From the NCBI GenBank assembly GCA_951406725.2, contig OX597824.1, positions 87,792,001 to 87,856,000 of the forward strand: a stretch of DNA of 64,000 nt, written 5' to 3'. The stretch is from Octopus vulgaris (lineage: Eukaryota). Shown here piece by piece: positions 11,464-24,487 of the stretch. Made by a program: the position numbers and the translations under genes. How positions within the stretch are numbered: the first letter of the stretch is position 1; every line of letters starts with the position of its first letter. The notes below the pieces were generated by a model. It searched no databases. It was given only the letters and a program-made list of their open reading frames with translations, and was not told the DNA's origin.

Positions 11464-12541
11464 TTACAACTTTACATGGCATAATCTCTACAGAAAAATT
11501 TTCCGCTGCTGCTCGTAAAAGAGAAAGCTAGCGTTCATTTTGCTTTTAATGCTTCCTTGATTGTTTGTGCTTGGTTTATTTTCTGGTAGCATCGCCCATT
11601 GTAGAATTATGGAAATTTGGGTGAGTTTTAGAAACTAGGGCAACCATTTATGGATGAAGTTCACTTCGCCGGCTTTTGTCGTCGTATCAATAGACTCTCA
11701 CAATGTCGTTTTTGGTTAGCGAGTTACCTAACACACAGAATATCCTTTGTGGTCAGCCAAACCTTAGTTCAAATCAATATTTCTATTATTAGCCGAACAA
11801 AAACCTTTCAAAATAAACTTTTCCTTATGCACATCATTAACTTATTTTACATTTACTAAATCCTCTTGTGCCATACAATTCTGCACTCTTGAGTTCACCG
11901 TTAGCAGCAGACAGCAAATCAATTACAGAATCAGGAGTCTTTTACTTCTCTTATCAACGACTTAATTCTTTCTTCCCATTTTCTTTCCATCGTGGCTCAT
12001 TATAACCTCTCGCATTGATTTACGTCTTTTCTCTTTCTCGGGTCATCTAATCTCTCAGTTGCTACTGTTTTACAATAGCTTTTCTTCTCTTTCTTCCTTC
12101 GTTACTTTCTATTTTAATAAGGTTTCTATGCCTTCCCCTGCCCCACGCCAGCATCTCTTTTCTATTTTTATCACCCATATATCAACCTCGTTTTTATCCC
12201 ATGTCAAATAAGCAACTCATATTTAAATGCTATTTCTATAAATCACAGATATATAGAAACACAATCAATACAAAACTATTGAGATATTCTCCGCTTGTTT
12301 TCTTACCACGCTGAATAAATATCTTGACGATACAGCAAAATTAATTTTTACATTAATTAAATCTTAGCTTACAGAACAGATATGTCGTTATCATTATCTC
12401 CATTGTTGCTTCTGACGTTATTTCCAATATTGGAACCAGTTAAAACTATTCTGCAATATGACATTTCATTCGTCTCTCCTTATCTATAAAGACAAATGTT
12501 CTTAAGTCTGTTTAAATTACTTCTTAGGTTTTCTCTCTTTA

Positions 12542-12934
12542 TCTCTCTATATATAAAGCTGAAGTTGTCTGTGTGTGGCAGGTTTGGTAGCCTTCAACTA
12601 ACGCTTTCTCCTCCGAGACTCTGCGGCGCAAGTTGACCAAAATTGAGAGTATGATAGAAGAAGGCTTGCTCTTCATTCCGTAGAAGAAAAAAATCAAATC
12701 AGACCATGTTAACACCAAAAATTATTTACATCAAAATGGTGCTTTTTTTTCTATGAAAATCCCTATTTTTTATGACTTTTTGACTGCTGTGTCGCCATTT
12801 TTCGGTGTATTTCAACCAGAAAAATGTTCACTTAAAGAGAATAACAATCTACATAATGCAAAATTTTTACTTTTCAAAAATTCCAATTCTAAAGGGTCAA
12901 AACACACCCGAGCAACGCCGGGCGATACTGCTAG
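12542..12934 (+). mobile_element. Non-autonomous Helitron
   Basis: A|TC…TATATATAAA 5' end, subterminal hairpin CCCGAGCAACGCCGGG, 3' CTAG|T, no TSD. Second full copy at 62654-63022 (-) and a 3' half at ~60763-60930. Confidence 0.88.
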
Positions 12935-13961
12935 TTGCATATATTCTTCATCAATTTACAGTATTTCCTCCTACTGTATGCCTCATCTACAAGGGATACT
13001 GAAAAGTTCTTGGCTTTAACCCCTGACGCCGGTATTACCTGAAGCATGTGAGACACTGCACAGGTCTTTTTTTATCTGATGAGGCCACACAAACACACAA
13101 GTGCCAACAAGCTCACATCTAAGACCCGACAAATAAAGTGGGTTCATGGCTGTATCCTACACCAGCTTCACACCACCAGCCCCAGCCCATTCAAAGTACC
13201 TTGGATCATAGGACGCCCTGCTGTGCTTACCTTGGATCATGGGGTGACCTGCTGTGCTTGAGGAGACCTATTGAGTCAAGTACATCAACATCAAAATAAA
13301 AATCAAATGGAAATTGTAGTTGTGATACCTGTGCTGGTGGTACATAAAAAGCACCATCCGAACATGGCCGATGTCAGCACTGCCTTGGCTGGCTTCCGTG
13401 CTAGTGGCACATAAAAAGCACCAACCGATCGTGGCACGTAAAAAGCACCCACTATACTCACGGAGTGGTTGACATTAGGAAGGGCATCCAGCTGTAGAAA
13501 GAGTGCCAGATCAGACTGGAGCCTGCCACAGCCTCCTAGCTTCCCAGACCCCAGTCAAACTGTCCAACCAATGCCAGCATGGAAAACGGATGTTAAACAA
13601 TGATATACATACACACACACATATATATATATACACACACACACACATATATATATATAGATTCAGATGAATATGGTACTTAAGTTGAGGCACCAGAATT
13701 TAGTACAGTATTATCCATACAATTTCATCATCATCATCGTTTAACGTCCGTTTTCTGTGCTAGCATGGGTTATATATATACATACAGACACAGTTGAAAT
13801 TTACAGAAAAACAAAAGATGAAGACAGGTGTATAAACAAGCAGGTGTTTTAGTTAGACACTCGTGAGAAAGTCTTTTACATTTTGAGCCTAGGCTCTTCA
13901 ATAGAAAGATGAGGAAATAAACACATATATATACATACACACACACATATATATATATATG

Positions 13962-13997
<36 letters not shown>

Positions 13998-14606
13998 CAC
14001 ACATACACATATATATATATACACACACATATATATATATTCACACACACACACACACACTGTGTGGGTGTGTTACCGTCTCCTTGACTTCACATCACAC
14101 GGTGGTTGTAAAACAAGTGTCATGCAAGCAGTGTCCTCCATTTTCAATCTCCTGAAACATGTCTGATCACGGACAAATATTATTCGGAGACGGTTGAGAG
14201 TCAATGACAGGAAGAGCAGCTGAGCATAGAAAATCTCCCTCAATAAATTCCGACTGACCCATGAAAGCACAAACAAGTGGACATTCAATGACGACAACGG
14301 TGACGATCTCCAGTTGAGGTTGCTTGGTGATGACTTCATACGTAGATTCTGTTAATGATTTCTTTGTTATTGTTTTTGGAGTCAGAAAACAAGATCGTTT
14401 TCAGTAAACAACCCTGAATACGTAATCAATAACACTAGTCGTTATCAGTTCCACAGTGTTGACATTATTGAGTGAATTTTACAGCTTATATAAAACTTCA
14501 AAAGGTCACTTTTGAATTCTCTCTTTTTATATTTCAATGATGATGAATAAACTTTTTCAAAAGCATTTTATATAGCAACTATAATAAATCTGGCTAAGCT
14601 CTTTCT

Positions 14607-14985
14607 GGTGGAAGCACTCCATTGGTTATGACGACGAGGGTTCCGGTTGATCCGAATCAACGGAACAGCCTGCTCGTGAAATAACCGTGTAAGTGGCTGA
14701 GCACTCCACAGACACGTGTACCCTTAACGTAGTTCTCGGGGATATTCAGCGTGACACAAAGAGTGACAAGGCCGGCCCTTTGAAATACAGGTACAACAGA
14801 AACAGGAAGTAAGAGTGAGAGAAAGTTGTGGCGAAAGAGTACAGCAGGGATCACCACCATCCCCTACCGGAGCCTCGTGGAGCTTTAGGTGTTTTCGCTC
14901 AATAAACACTCACAACGCCCGGTCTGGGAATCAAAACCGCGATCCTATGACCGCGAGTCCGCTGCCCTAACCACTGGGCCTCCAC
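14607..14985 (-). mobile_element. tRNA-derived SINE (tRNA-Arg-like head, anticodon region ACTCGCG)
   Basis: GGCCCAGTGGTTAGGGCAGCGGACTCGCGG…GGTTTTGATTCC; flanked by ctctttct at 14599-14606 and 14990-14997. Confidence 0.8.
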
Positions 14986-15037
14986 GAAACTCTTTCTATA
15001 CATTATATTAAGGAAAATTCAATACATACATACATAT

Positions 15038-15280
15038 TATGGCTGCCCCCTCGTTATCAAGTATGGCCATTGCATGAAGCTTAACTGTTACTGGTGCTGT
15101 GATCGAATGTGACTTTTTAGCCCAGCTAAAGATCTACAATGTCTTGTACAGAATTGGCAGCTAAAACCTTTACTGGTAATAGCCGGCTGTAGTTGTAACT
15201 GGGCTTCATGTACCTTTGCATGTCGTTTAAGTCCTCCTGTCGAATTACACTCTCTTCCACATGCCCCACAGATATGATTA
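15038..15280 (-). mobile_element. 3' end of an RTE-clade LINE encoding terminal C2H2-type zinc fingers
   Basis: ICGACGREC…GLKRH…H and CQFCTRHCRSLAGLKSHIRS resemble the RTE C-terminal CxxC…SxxGLxSHxR motif. A short 3' UTR follows and the fragment sits in a TA/CA tract. Confidence 0.7.
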
Positions 15281-15665
15281 TACATATACATACACACACA
15301 ACATTTATCCTCAAATTTCACTGTCCTTAATTAGGTCAGTGCATTATACACAAATATGGTAAGTTCATATATTATCAAAATTATACCATTTTATTTCAAC
15401 TTATCAGTTTTTCTTCAGATTGATACTTGCTTTATATCATCATCATTAAACATCCATTTTCCATGCTGGCATAGGTTGGACAATTTGACAGAAGCTGACC
15501 AGCTGAAGGGCAGTTCAGGCTCCATGTCTGTTTTGGCACACTTTCTATGGCTGATTACCCTTCCTAACACCACTATATATATATTTACCATAATCTTGTA
15601 CTTTGAGTGTATACCCTGATACCCCATCTCCATCATCCTTTCCACTTTCATGCACTTTCTTATAC

Positions 15666-15701
15666 CTTTCTGCTGACGAGCGTAGGCTCGAAACGTAAAA
15701 G
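15666..15701 (+). ncRNA. Minimal type-I hammerhead ribozyme-like motif, solo copy
   Basis: CTTT|CTGCTGA|C|GAGC-GTAG-GCTC|GAAA|CG|TA^|AAAG. Confidence 0.55.
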
Positions 15702-16505
15702 ACTTTTTCATTTTTCCGAGCATCAAACTAATACACTTGCTTGTTGTTCATACACCTGTCTTCATTTTTGTTTTTCATAATTTTCAACTATATATAAATA
15801 GGCGTAGGAGTGGCAGTGTGGTAAGTAGCTTACTTACCAACCACATGGTTCCAGGTTCAGTCCCACTGCATGGCACCTTGGGCAAGTGTCTTCTACTATA
15901 GCCTTGTGAGTGGATTTGGTAGAAGGAAACTGAAAGAAGCCTGTCATGTATATATATTACTCTTTACTCTTTTACTTGTTTCAGTCATTTGACTGCGGCC
16001 ATGCTGGAGCACCGCCTTTAGTCGAGCAAATCGACCCCGGGACTTATTCTTTGTAAGCCCAGTACTTATTCTATGAGTCTCTTTTGCCGATCCGCTAAGT
16101 GACGGGGACGTAAACACACCAGCATCTGTTGTCAAGCAATGCTAGGGGGACAAACACAGACACACAAACATATATACACACACTTATATATATATACATA
16201 TATACGACAGGCTTCTTTCAGTTTCCATCTACCAAATCCACTCACAAGGCATTGGTCGGCCCGGGGTTATAGCAGAAGACACTTGCCCAAGATATATATA
16301 TATATATATATATATATGCTTGTGTGTCTGTGTTTGGTCCCCACCACCATCACTTCACAGCCAATGTTGGTGTGTTTATGTCTCCGTAGCTTAGCAGTTC
16401 GGCAAAAGAGACCAATAGAATAAGTACTAGGCTTACAAAGAATAAGTCCTCAACTAAAGGTGGTGCTCTAGCATGGCCACAGTCAAATGACAAACAAAAG
16501 AAAAG

Positions 16506-16637
<132 letters not shown>

Positions 16638-17663
16638 AGTTAGTTCTTCGCTAATCTAAACAATACTGTTAGCCTGGTGTACAAAGGATTGATAATCCTT
16701 CACTATTAGCTATCTGTGGGTGTGTGGGTTTGTGCCTGCCCTGCCCCCATTGTATAAGAACCAGTGTTTGTTGGTTTACATCCCCATACATTAAGAGACA
16801 TTAAAAAAAAAACAGTACTGGAGACAATTTGAGTAAAACCTTCGAGGTAGTGCTCCAGCATGACCACAGTTCAATGACTGAAACAAATAAAAGAAACAAA
16901 AGAAAAAAAGAAAAAAATCAATAAAAAAAAGAGTCTGTTAATTGATTACTGTTTATTATATATTTTACATTCTTTAAGCAGATTTGCTTCAAGTAACACC
17001 GGTATTTTATTAGCAGAGTTCAACATTTTCTTTTTTTTTTTAAATTTTTTTTTTTTTAGAGATTAAGAGTTTGTTTGTAAATAATTAATAAATTGAAAAT
17101 AAATAAAAAATGTCACAATGAGAGAGTCAGCAGTGGATAACGTACTGAAGCCTCTAGCTATTTTCTTGAAATTATTCAACAACGGTTTTTATGATGGGAC
17201 CTAATGGCACGAGGATGCCTAAATGAGTGCTAGGTAAGAGATATAAAAAAAGGGGTCAGCTAAGGAAATAAGGAAAAGATAACAGTTTAATGATAATAGG
17301 AAAAAAAAAACAGCAGAAAAGGAAACAAAAATATCAGTATTTTGCTAAACTAAATTCACTTTAACAAAAAAATATTTAAAACAAAAAAGAACTAATATGT
17401 AACTAATGGCTTAGTAGTAAAGAGGTTTCCTTCCCAATCACATGGTTTCAGGTTCAGTCCCACTGTGTGGCACCTTAGACAAGTGTCCTCTCAGGGCCAA
17501 CCAATCCAAAGCCCTTTGAGTGGACTTGGCAGATGGAAACTGAAAGAGCCCCATCATATATATCATCGTTGTTTAACGTCTGCTTTCCATGCTGGCATGG
17601 GTTGGACCCGTATATATATATATATATATACACACACAAACACACACATACACGCGCACTTAC

Positions 17664-17710
<47 letters not shown>

Positions 17711-18544
17711 AACACACACATACACATGCACTTACATACATACACACTCACATATACATACATGCATATTTGTGATTGTGTGTATTCCCACCACTGCTTG
17801 ACAACCGGTGTTGGTTTGTTTATGTCCCTGTAACTTAGAGGTTTGGCAAAACAGACCAATCAAATAAGTGCTAGACCTCAAAAAAAAAAACCAAGTACTG
17901 GGGAAGTGTGGGGTGGGGTAGTGGGGGTCGAGCTGTTCGACTAAAAACCTTTTCAAGGCAGTGCCCCAGCATGGCCAACGGTCCAATGACTGAAACCAGT
18001 AAAAGAAGATAAGAGCTATAACAAATCACTGCTAATTTAGTCCACATGCCCATTCATGTAAAAATAATAATAATAATAATGATAATAATGATAATAATAA
18101 TTAACTTGTGTGGCTTTGCCTGCGAGAAGCAATCAGCATATTTGTCTATTGAACATATGACATAATTGCAGTCGAAGTAATATAATATATTTGTAATATA
18201 AATAGGAGCAGCATCAGTTGAAATGTAGAGAAGAGAAAACTAGGTGAACTCATCAGAAACATTAGATGGGCGAAATGCAGGAGTGGAATATGATTTGCAT
18301 AGAGTATCACGTATCAAAATTGACATTTTGTCTTCTAAGATGGGAAGCAATGACAGTTGTTGTAGCTACGAGGGAAAGAGTGAGAGGTGGGGTGGGGGGT
18401 GGGGGTGGAGGCTAGAGAGGCTGGTAGATGTGTTGGGAGTTTATTTATCATCGGATGGCTTCAACTTCTCTTTGAATGTATTATTAGCAAAGGTGTGAGG
18501 CTTGGTGGAGTTGATAAAAGTGCAGCAGTCGTGATCGCAAGACG

Positions 18545-18858
18545 GTGGTTTCAATTCCCAGCCTGGTGGTGTTTTATTGTATTTCTGAGCAAAACATTTC
18601 ATTTGCACTCAGCTGTAAGGGCTGGTGTCCCATTCGGAGGGAATTTTGGCCCGGTTGCCCGTTGGCCTGCTTAGCAGGTAGAAGGTGCTGCAGTCATGAT
18701 CACAAGATAGTGGTTTCAATCCCCAACCTGGTTAGTGTTTTGTTGTGTTTCTGAGCAAAACACTTCCAAATTGCTCCGGTTGCACTCAGCTGTAAGGACT
18801 GGTGTCCCGTTCGGAGGGAATTTTGGCCTGGCTGCCCGTTGGCCTGCTTAGCAGGTAG
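18545..18858 (+). repeat. Tandem duplication of a degenerate SINE body (~18545-18681 and ~18711-18858)
   Basis: Both copies end …cccgttggcctgcttagcaggtag. Confidence 0.75.
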
Positions 18859-19910
18859 GGTGGTGGCATCATCTGAAAGCTACAACAATGCAAGGAAGAG
18901 CACTGTGACCAGTGGGGTATGAAAACATCCGACAGACTGGTTGATAGGGTGATGTCATTAGGAATTGTCATTAACACTGAGTTCTTTTGGTGACTAAGTT
19001 TCATGGAAAGTAAAAAGAAAAAAAAAATGAAAGCATCATCATCAACAGCATGAACTTTGCAAAGCAGGAGAATGTTTTGATGGAAATAATATAAAATTAT
19101 GTCGGCAGAGAGATGAAATGAAAGGTGAGGAGGGATCGTAACTTGGAATGCAAGTGGTTGATGAGACGGGCTTCAATGAAAATGTGAAATTTAAATTAGG
19201 GACATAAGCATGCTTGATTGTGGAGGTAAAGAGAGTTTGTTCTGCAACTGCAGTGTTTGGGGTTTGAACTTACGGCACAGAAACATTAGGTAAGTATCTT
19301 CTACCATGACTTTGAGTTGACTGATATCTTCTGAGTGGAAACTGGTAGACAGAACTGCATGGAAATTCATTGTGTGTGCGTTGGCAATAAACATTAGCAA
19401 AAAATGTAAACATCAACAAGGAAAAAAAACCCAAAAACTAGCGCTCTACAAATGAAATCCCTTGTGGTGTTTGTTCTACACTGAGATACAGACACTCCCT
19501 TGTCACTCTCACCGATGATAATTTCGGTGAACAAATGATGCCTTTGTTCACCGATTGCAAAAGAATAAAAATAAAAAAATAAAAAATAATAATAATAACT
19601 GCAGAATTTAATGAGAAGGAAGAATGAAACTCTAAAATTACTCAGCAAGTTTAAGTTAATAATCAGTTTTAGAAATTGGGATACTATTAGGCTAGAATAA
19701 AATTTACCCAGAACTGTTGAGAAAATAATTAAGACTTTAACAATAGAAGACAAGAAAATCTGTTGGTTGTTCATAACAAGTTGCCAAGACAGGATGAATC
19801 TGGAAAAGAAGGAGAGAAAAAGAAACTTTGTTATTTAAGGCCAAAAAGCACAATTTATAAAGAATTGAAACTTCACGATTGATGGACATTTCATCTGATA
19901 GCTTTTTTTT

Positions 19911-20290
19911 AATAATAATAATAATAAAATTATTGTATACTGTGCTCAGGTGCACCACAACTTGGTCAAAAGTGCGTATAAAGCATATGCAGTAATGTAC
20001 AAATGTCTGGAAAGTGAACAGTGTATGAGTCAGATACATGCTTGCGTGTGTATGGAGGGGAGAAAAACAGGTGTAGTGTTGGTGAATCTCAGGAAGCATG
20101 GAAGTTTTGAAGGATGCAGTGCTCTGACTTTTGAAGGATGTATGTATGTATGTATAATAATGATAATAATAATAATAATGAAATTATTGTATACAATGTT
20201 CAGGTGCACCACAACTTGTCAAAAGTGCATATAAAGCATATGCAATAATGTACAAATGTCTGGGAGTGAACAGTGTATGAGTCAGATACA
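19911..20290 (-). mobile_element. Two tandem 3' ends of the CR1 LINE with (ATT)n tails
   Basis: 20098-20128 matches 4941-4971; 3' UTR repeated at ~20170-20290. Confidence 0.82.
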
Positions 20291-20479
20291 CACAGACAGA
20301 ACGGATTTTATATAATAGATAATCTTCTGTTTTATTCTGTTCTCTGACACACACACACACAGACAAACACACACACAGCATGTACTAATTTGAAATGATG
20401 GCATGAAAACTATAAGAACACAAGAAAAGAAAGAAAAAAAGTGGTGAGAAATTTACCTGCTCATCAAATAATTTTGAGC

Positions 20480-20708
20480 TTATTCTCCATTCCGGCAGCA
20501 AACTCTGTTGCTACACTGTAGATTCTGACATCCACTGGCTGTGTATTCATAAGGATCATTGCTAATATTATCACAGTAGAAGAGATTTTCATGCTGCAGC
20601 TTTGGACAAGATTCCACCAATTTTTCAAGCACATCACCGCTGACTTGCAGACAGCCAGAAAGATCAAGGTAGGTTAAATTCGATAATTTTCCACAAATGG
20701 AAAGAGCT
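20480..20708 (-). CDS. FBXL5: FBXL5 last coding exon ([75 protein letters not shown])
   Basis: Acceptor with long pyrimidine tract ending catttctag; phase 2 matches the previous exon; stop TAA at 20480-20482. Matches the recalled human C-terminus [32 protein letters not shown]. Not in the ORF track because this frame has no start codon. Confidence 0.96.
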
Positions 20709-21335
20709 CTAGAAATGGGGAACGAAAAAGAGAGAAAATGATTTAATTACAAAACAGATTTGATAAATATTAACAAAAATTTCATGAACAATACATTTGA
20801 ACATTTAATGCAGTCATAGCCCCTGCCCATTCAAAGTACCTTGGATTCCAGAACATCCCGCTGTGCTTGAGGAGACCTATTGAGTCAAGTACATGAACAT
20901 CGAAATAAATATCAATGGAAATAGTAGTTGTGATACCTGTGCCAGTGGCACATAAAAAGCACCATCCGAACGTGGCCGATGCCAGCGCCGCCTCGACTGG
21001 CTTCTGTGCCGGTGGCACATAAAAAGCACCATCCGAACGTGGTCGATGCCAGCGCCGCCTCGACTGGCTTCTGTGCCGGTGGCACATAAAAAGCATCATC
21101 CGAACGTGGCCGATGCCAGCGCCGCCTTGACTGGCTTCCGATGCCAGACTCCCCTGGCACATAAAAAGCACCCACTACACTCGCAGAGTGGTTGGCGTTA
21201 GGAAGGGCACCCAGCTGTAGAAACACTGCCAGATCAGACTGGAGCCTGGTGCAGCCCTTGGCTTCCCAGACCCCGGCCGAACCGTCCAACCTGTGCTAGC
21301 GCGGAAAACAGACGTTAAACGATGATGATGCTCAA

Positions 21336-21597
21336 TTGGAGTCCATATAAGATTTTGAGGGGTCCACAGTATTATTTTAAGGGGCCATGAAATAATTTTG
21401 CTGCAGAGGTATTTATTGCAGGAAACAGGTTTCTTTCTCTGACATTTTACAAAGTTTAAGTTATACAAGTGAATGTGTGATGAAAGAAGTATCTATAAAA
21501 TTAGTTTTTCAATATCAAATGGCTATGGGGATCCACCAGAATAAGATATCAATCAAAGGGGTCCAGGGATAAAAAAAAAAATGGTTGAGAACACTGG
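21336..21597. mobile_element. Partial hAT-like MITE
   Basis: One terminus aaaatggttgagaacactg resembles a Charlie-type CAGTG(G)TTCTCAACC TIR; the other end was not found. Confidence 0.45.
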
Positions 21598-22041
21598 TTT
21601 AATGTCTATAGTCCATGCTGGATTGAACTGGATGGTTTGAGAAGAACTGATGAGCCAGAGGGTCTGCTTTGGTGTGGTTTCTACAGCTGGGTGCCCTTCT
21701 TTGATGCCAAACCACTTTACAGAACATACAGAGTGCTTTTTTGTGGCACCAGCACTGGTGGGGTCACCAAATACTTGCAAGACAGGTGAACACATGGCTT
21801 ACCATCAGTGTGTGTGTGTGTGTGTGTGGGATGAAGTAATGGTATGAGGTGAGTATAAGAGTAAAGCGAGGAACTGAGGGAGAAATTGGGTGGGTAGGTT
21901 AAAGTGTGCTAGAGAGGAAATAATGTGACAGGGGCAAAGAGATGGGCTACTGAGAAACTCTTTAAAAAATTGGACATGGCACTTGCAGAAGGAATTGTGT
22001 AGGAATGAAGCTGATGTATTCTAAAGAATCCACAGTAGCAT

Positions 22042-22183
22042 GGGAAAACAGATAAGATGATTAGTGGGAAAACAGATATGATGATTAGTGGGAAAACAGA
22101 TAAGATGATTAGTGGGAAAACAGATATGATGATTAGTGGGAAAACAGATATGATGATTAGTGGGAAAACAGATATGATGATTG
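22042..22183. repeat. 24-bp minisatellite (GGGAAAACAGATAWGATGATTAGT) x ~6
   Basis: Units start at 22042, 22066, 22090, 22114, 22138 and 22162. Confidence 0.95.
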
Positions 22184-24072
22184 TGATAGTGGAGGAATAA
22201 TGGTGAAACTTTGAAGTTCTTTTCTCTCTTCACCAGACTGTTTTTAAGAACATATGAACCAAGAAAAAAATTGAATTTATTTCCCTAGCAACACTTAAAT
22301 ATTCGTCTTCACTCACTCATCATGGTGTTTTTTTTTTTGTTTGTTTTTAGTTTTTATACTTTTAACTTCGCAAAACATTTTGCTCAGAACAGCATTTGTT
22401 TAAAATAGATTTACTGCAGACATTTTTTTTTCGTTTGCTTATTAAATTGTATTTTGTTATTGTTTTTCGTTCGTTTTCTCTGCATTTCTCACCATTTCAG
22501 AAAAGTGTACCCAATGTCATCATCACCAACGTTTAATGTCTGCTTTCCATGCTGGCATGGGTTGGATGGTTTGATTGGGGACTGGCAAGCCAGGAGGCCA
22601 CACCAGGCACCAGAAGGCAGAAAACAGAGATAGACATCATCATCATTGTTTTATCGAGGCAATTTTTCTACAGCTGGATGCCCTTTCTGTCACTAACCCA
22701 TACCCGTTTCCAAAAAGGTTAATATTCCCCCCCCCCCCCCCGTGACCAAACATTTTTTTTGGTAGAATATTCAAAATGAATGACTTTCATTTACAATGGT
22801 TATGTGATGTCAAGTCGAGAACACACACACACACCATCATCATCATTTAACGTCCGCATTCCATGCTGGCATGGGTTGGATGGTTTGACTGAGGGCTGGT
22901 AAGCCAGGTGGCCGCACCAAGCTCCAATCTGATCTGGCAAGGTTTCTACAGCTTGATGCCCTTCCTAATGCCACCAAATGTACTCACAGGACTTTAGTCG
23001 GCCTGGGGCTATAGTAGAAGACCCATGCCCAAGGAATTACACAGTGAGACTGATTCCAAAACCATGTGGTTGGGACACAAGCTGTGCCACGCCATGCCCA
23101 TTCGATTCATTTTTTAAATATTCTTTTAACCACTGCAGCAATCAGAGTGTGCAAGGGAGATGAGTTGGCACAAACATAGGAATTATAGATGGAGATGCAT
23201 TTTGGGAAGAATCTGGGGAAAAGGAAATATTAGTGTTACAGCAACACACTTGAATCCATTTTACTTTTATTGTCAGTTCTGTCAGACAACACCAACATGA
23301 GGACCTGGAAAAATAGTCTGAAACAGAATTCTTATCTGGTTGACATAGTCCTGTTACTAGTTTATATCACCGAAATAGTCTTCATTTCAAAAGAGATCCA
23401 AAGTCAAAATGTGTTGTGATGATAATAATGTATTTAATACCAGAATACAGCAAGAACAGGACACAGAAGACTTTTAACCTTTACTTGGCAATTTTTCAAC
23501 AACGTCACCTGCCTACAAAAATTTCTCATGAGCATTCAATGCTGTTAAATTTTGGCTTGAGAGCTTCCACAACTTGGATAACAATAGAAGACTGAGATAA
23601 GAACCTGGCTGAAGACTTTAACATAGTCTCTTCCAAACATGAAATTAACTTTAAATAGAAGTTACTCGTTTTCAATAAAGCTTTTCACTGCCCACCAGAC
23701 TAAAAATAGGCTGGACTTGATCAAAATGATTTCTCTAGGTTTATTAAAGAAGCGACTTTATCTCTGGATGATTAATTTTCATTGTGTTCTTGCTGAAACG
23801 AAATAATTAAAATACTAATTCACGTTAGCTAAACATGGCTGCTAAGACTGACACAATTTCTGTTCCTATATTTGTCTTCAGTTGCCACAGAGTTCAACAG
23901 ACAGAAACAGACGTCTCCTTAAATAGACTGAGCAAAGCTAATACATTACCAGACAGATTGAACGATACTTTCCAATTTGGTAAGTTTAGTTCAAAAGAAG
24001 AAGAAAAAAAAGAAACTAATTTTTCCAGGAGCAAATTACCTGCAGAATAATTTAAACTCTCAAGCTATGTAC

Positions 24073-24487
24073 TTACTTCTTTACTACCCACAAGGGGCTA
24101 AACACAGAGAGGATAAACAAGGACAGACAAACGGATTAAGTCGATTATATCGACCCCAGTGCATAACTGGTACTTATTTAATCGACCCCGAAAGGATGAA
24201 AGGCAAAGTTGACCTCGGCGGAATTTGAACTCAGAACGTAGCGGCAGACAAAATACTTGTTTCTTTACTACCCACAAGGGGCTAAACACAGAGGGGACAA
24301 ACAAGGACAGACAAACAGATTAAGTCGATTATATCGACCCCAGAGCGTAACTGGTACTTATTTAATCGACCCCGAAAGGATAAAAGGCAAAGCTGACCTT
24401 GGCGGAATCTGAACTCAGAACGTAGTGGCAGACGTCATACCACGAAGCATTTCGCCCGGCGTGCCAACGATTCCGCCAGCTCGCCGC
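24073..24487 (-). mobile_element. Family C tRNA-derived SINE (Deu/Nin-like central domain), head plus two 184-bp units
   Basis: Central GCCTTTCATCCTTTCGGGGTCGAT…AAGTACCAG; 16-bp TSD ctctcaagctatgtac at 24057-24072 and 24488-24503. Confidence 0.85.

Noticed and set aside
15088-15321. Host C2H2 zinc-finger gene
   Set aside because: No TGEKP linkers or splice context; the motif and short 3' end fit an RTE LINE C-terminus.
19708-20479. Iron-responsive element in the FBXL5 3' UTR
   Set aside because: No CAGUGN-loop hairpin with a C bulge was seen in the candidate UTR exon pieces inspected; not an exhaustive search.
20464-20667. ORF-track protein MIFLAVCK…
   Set aside because: Wrong frame; the spliced frame gives the FBXL5 C-terminus.
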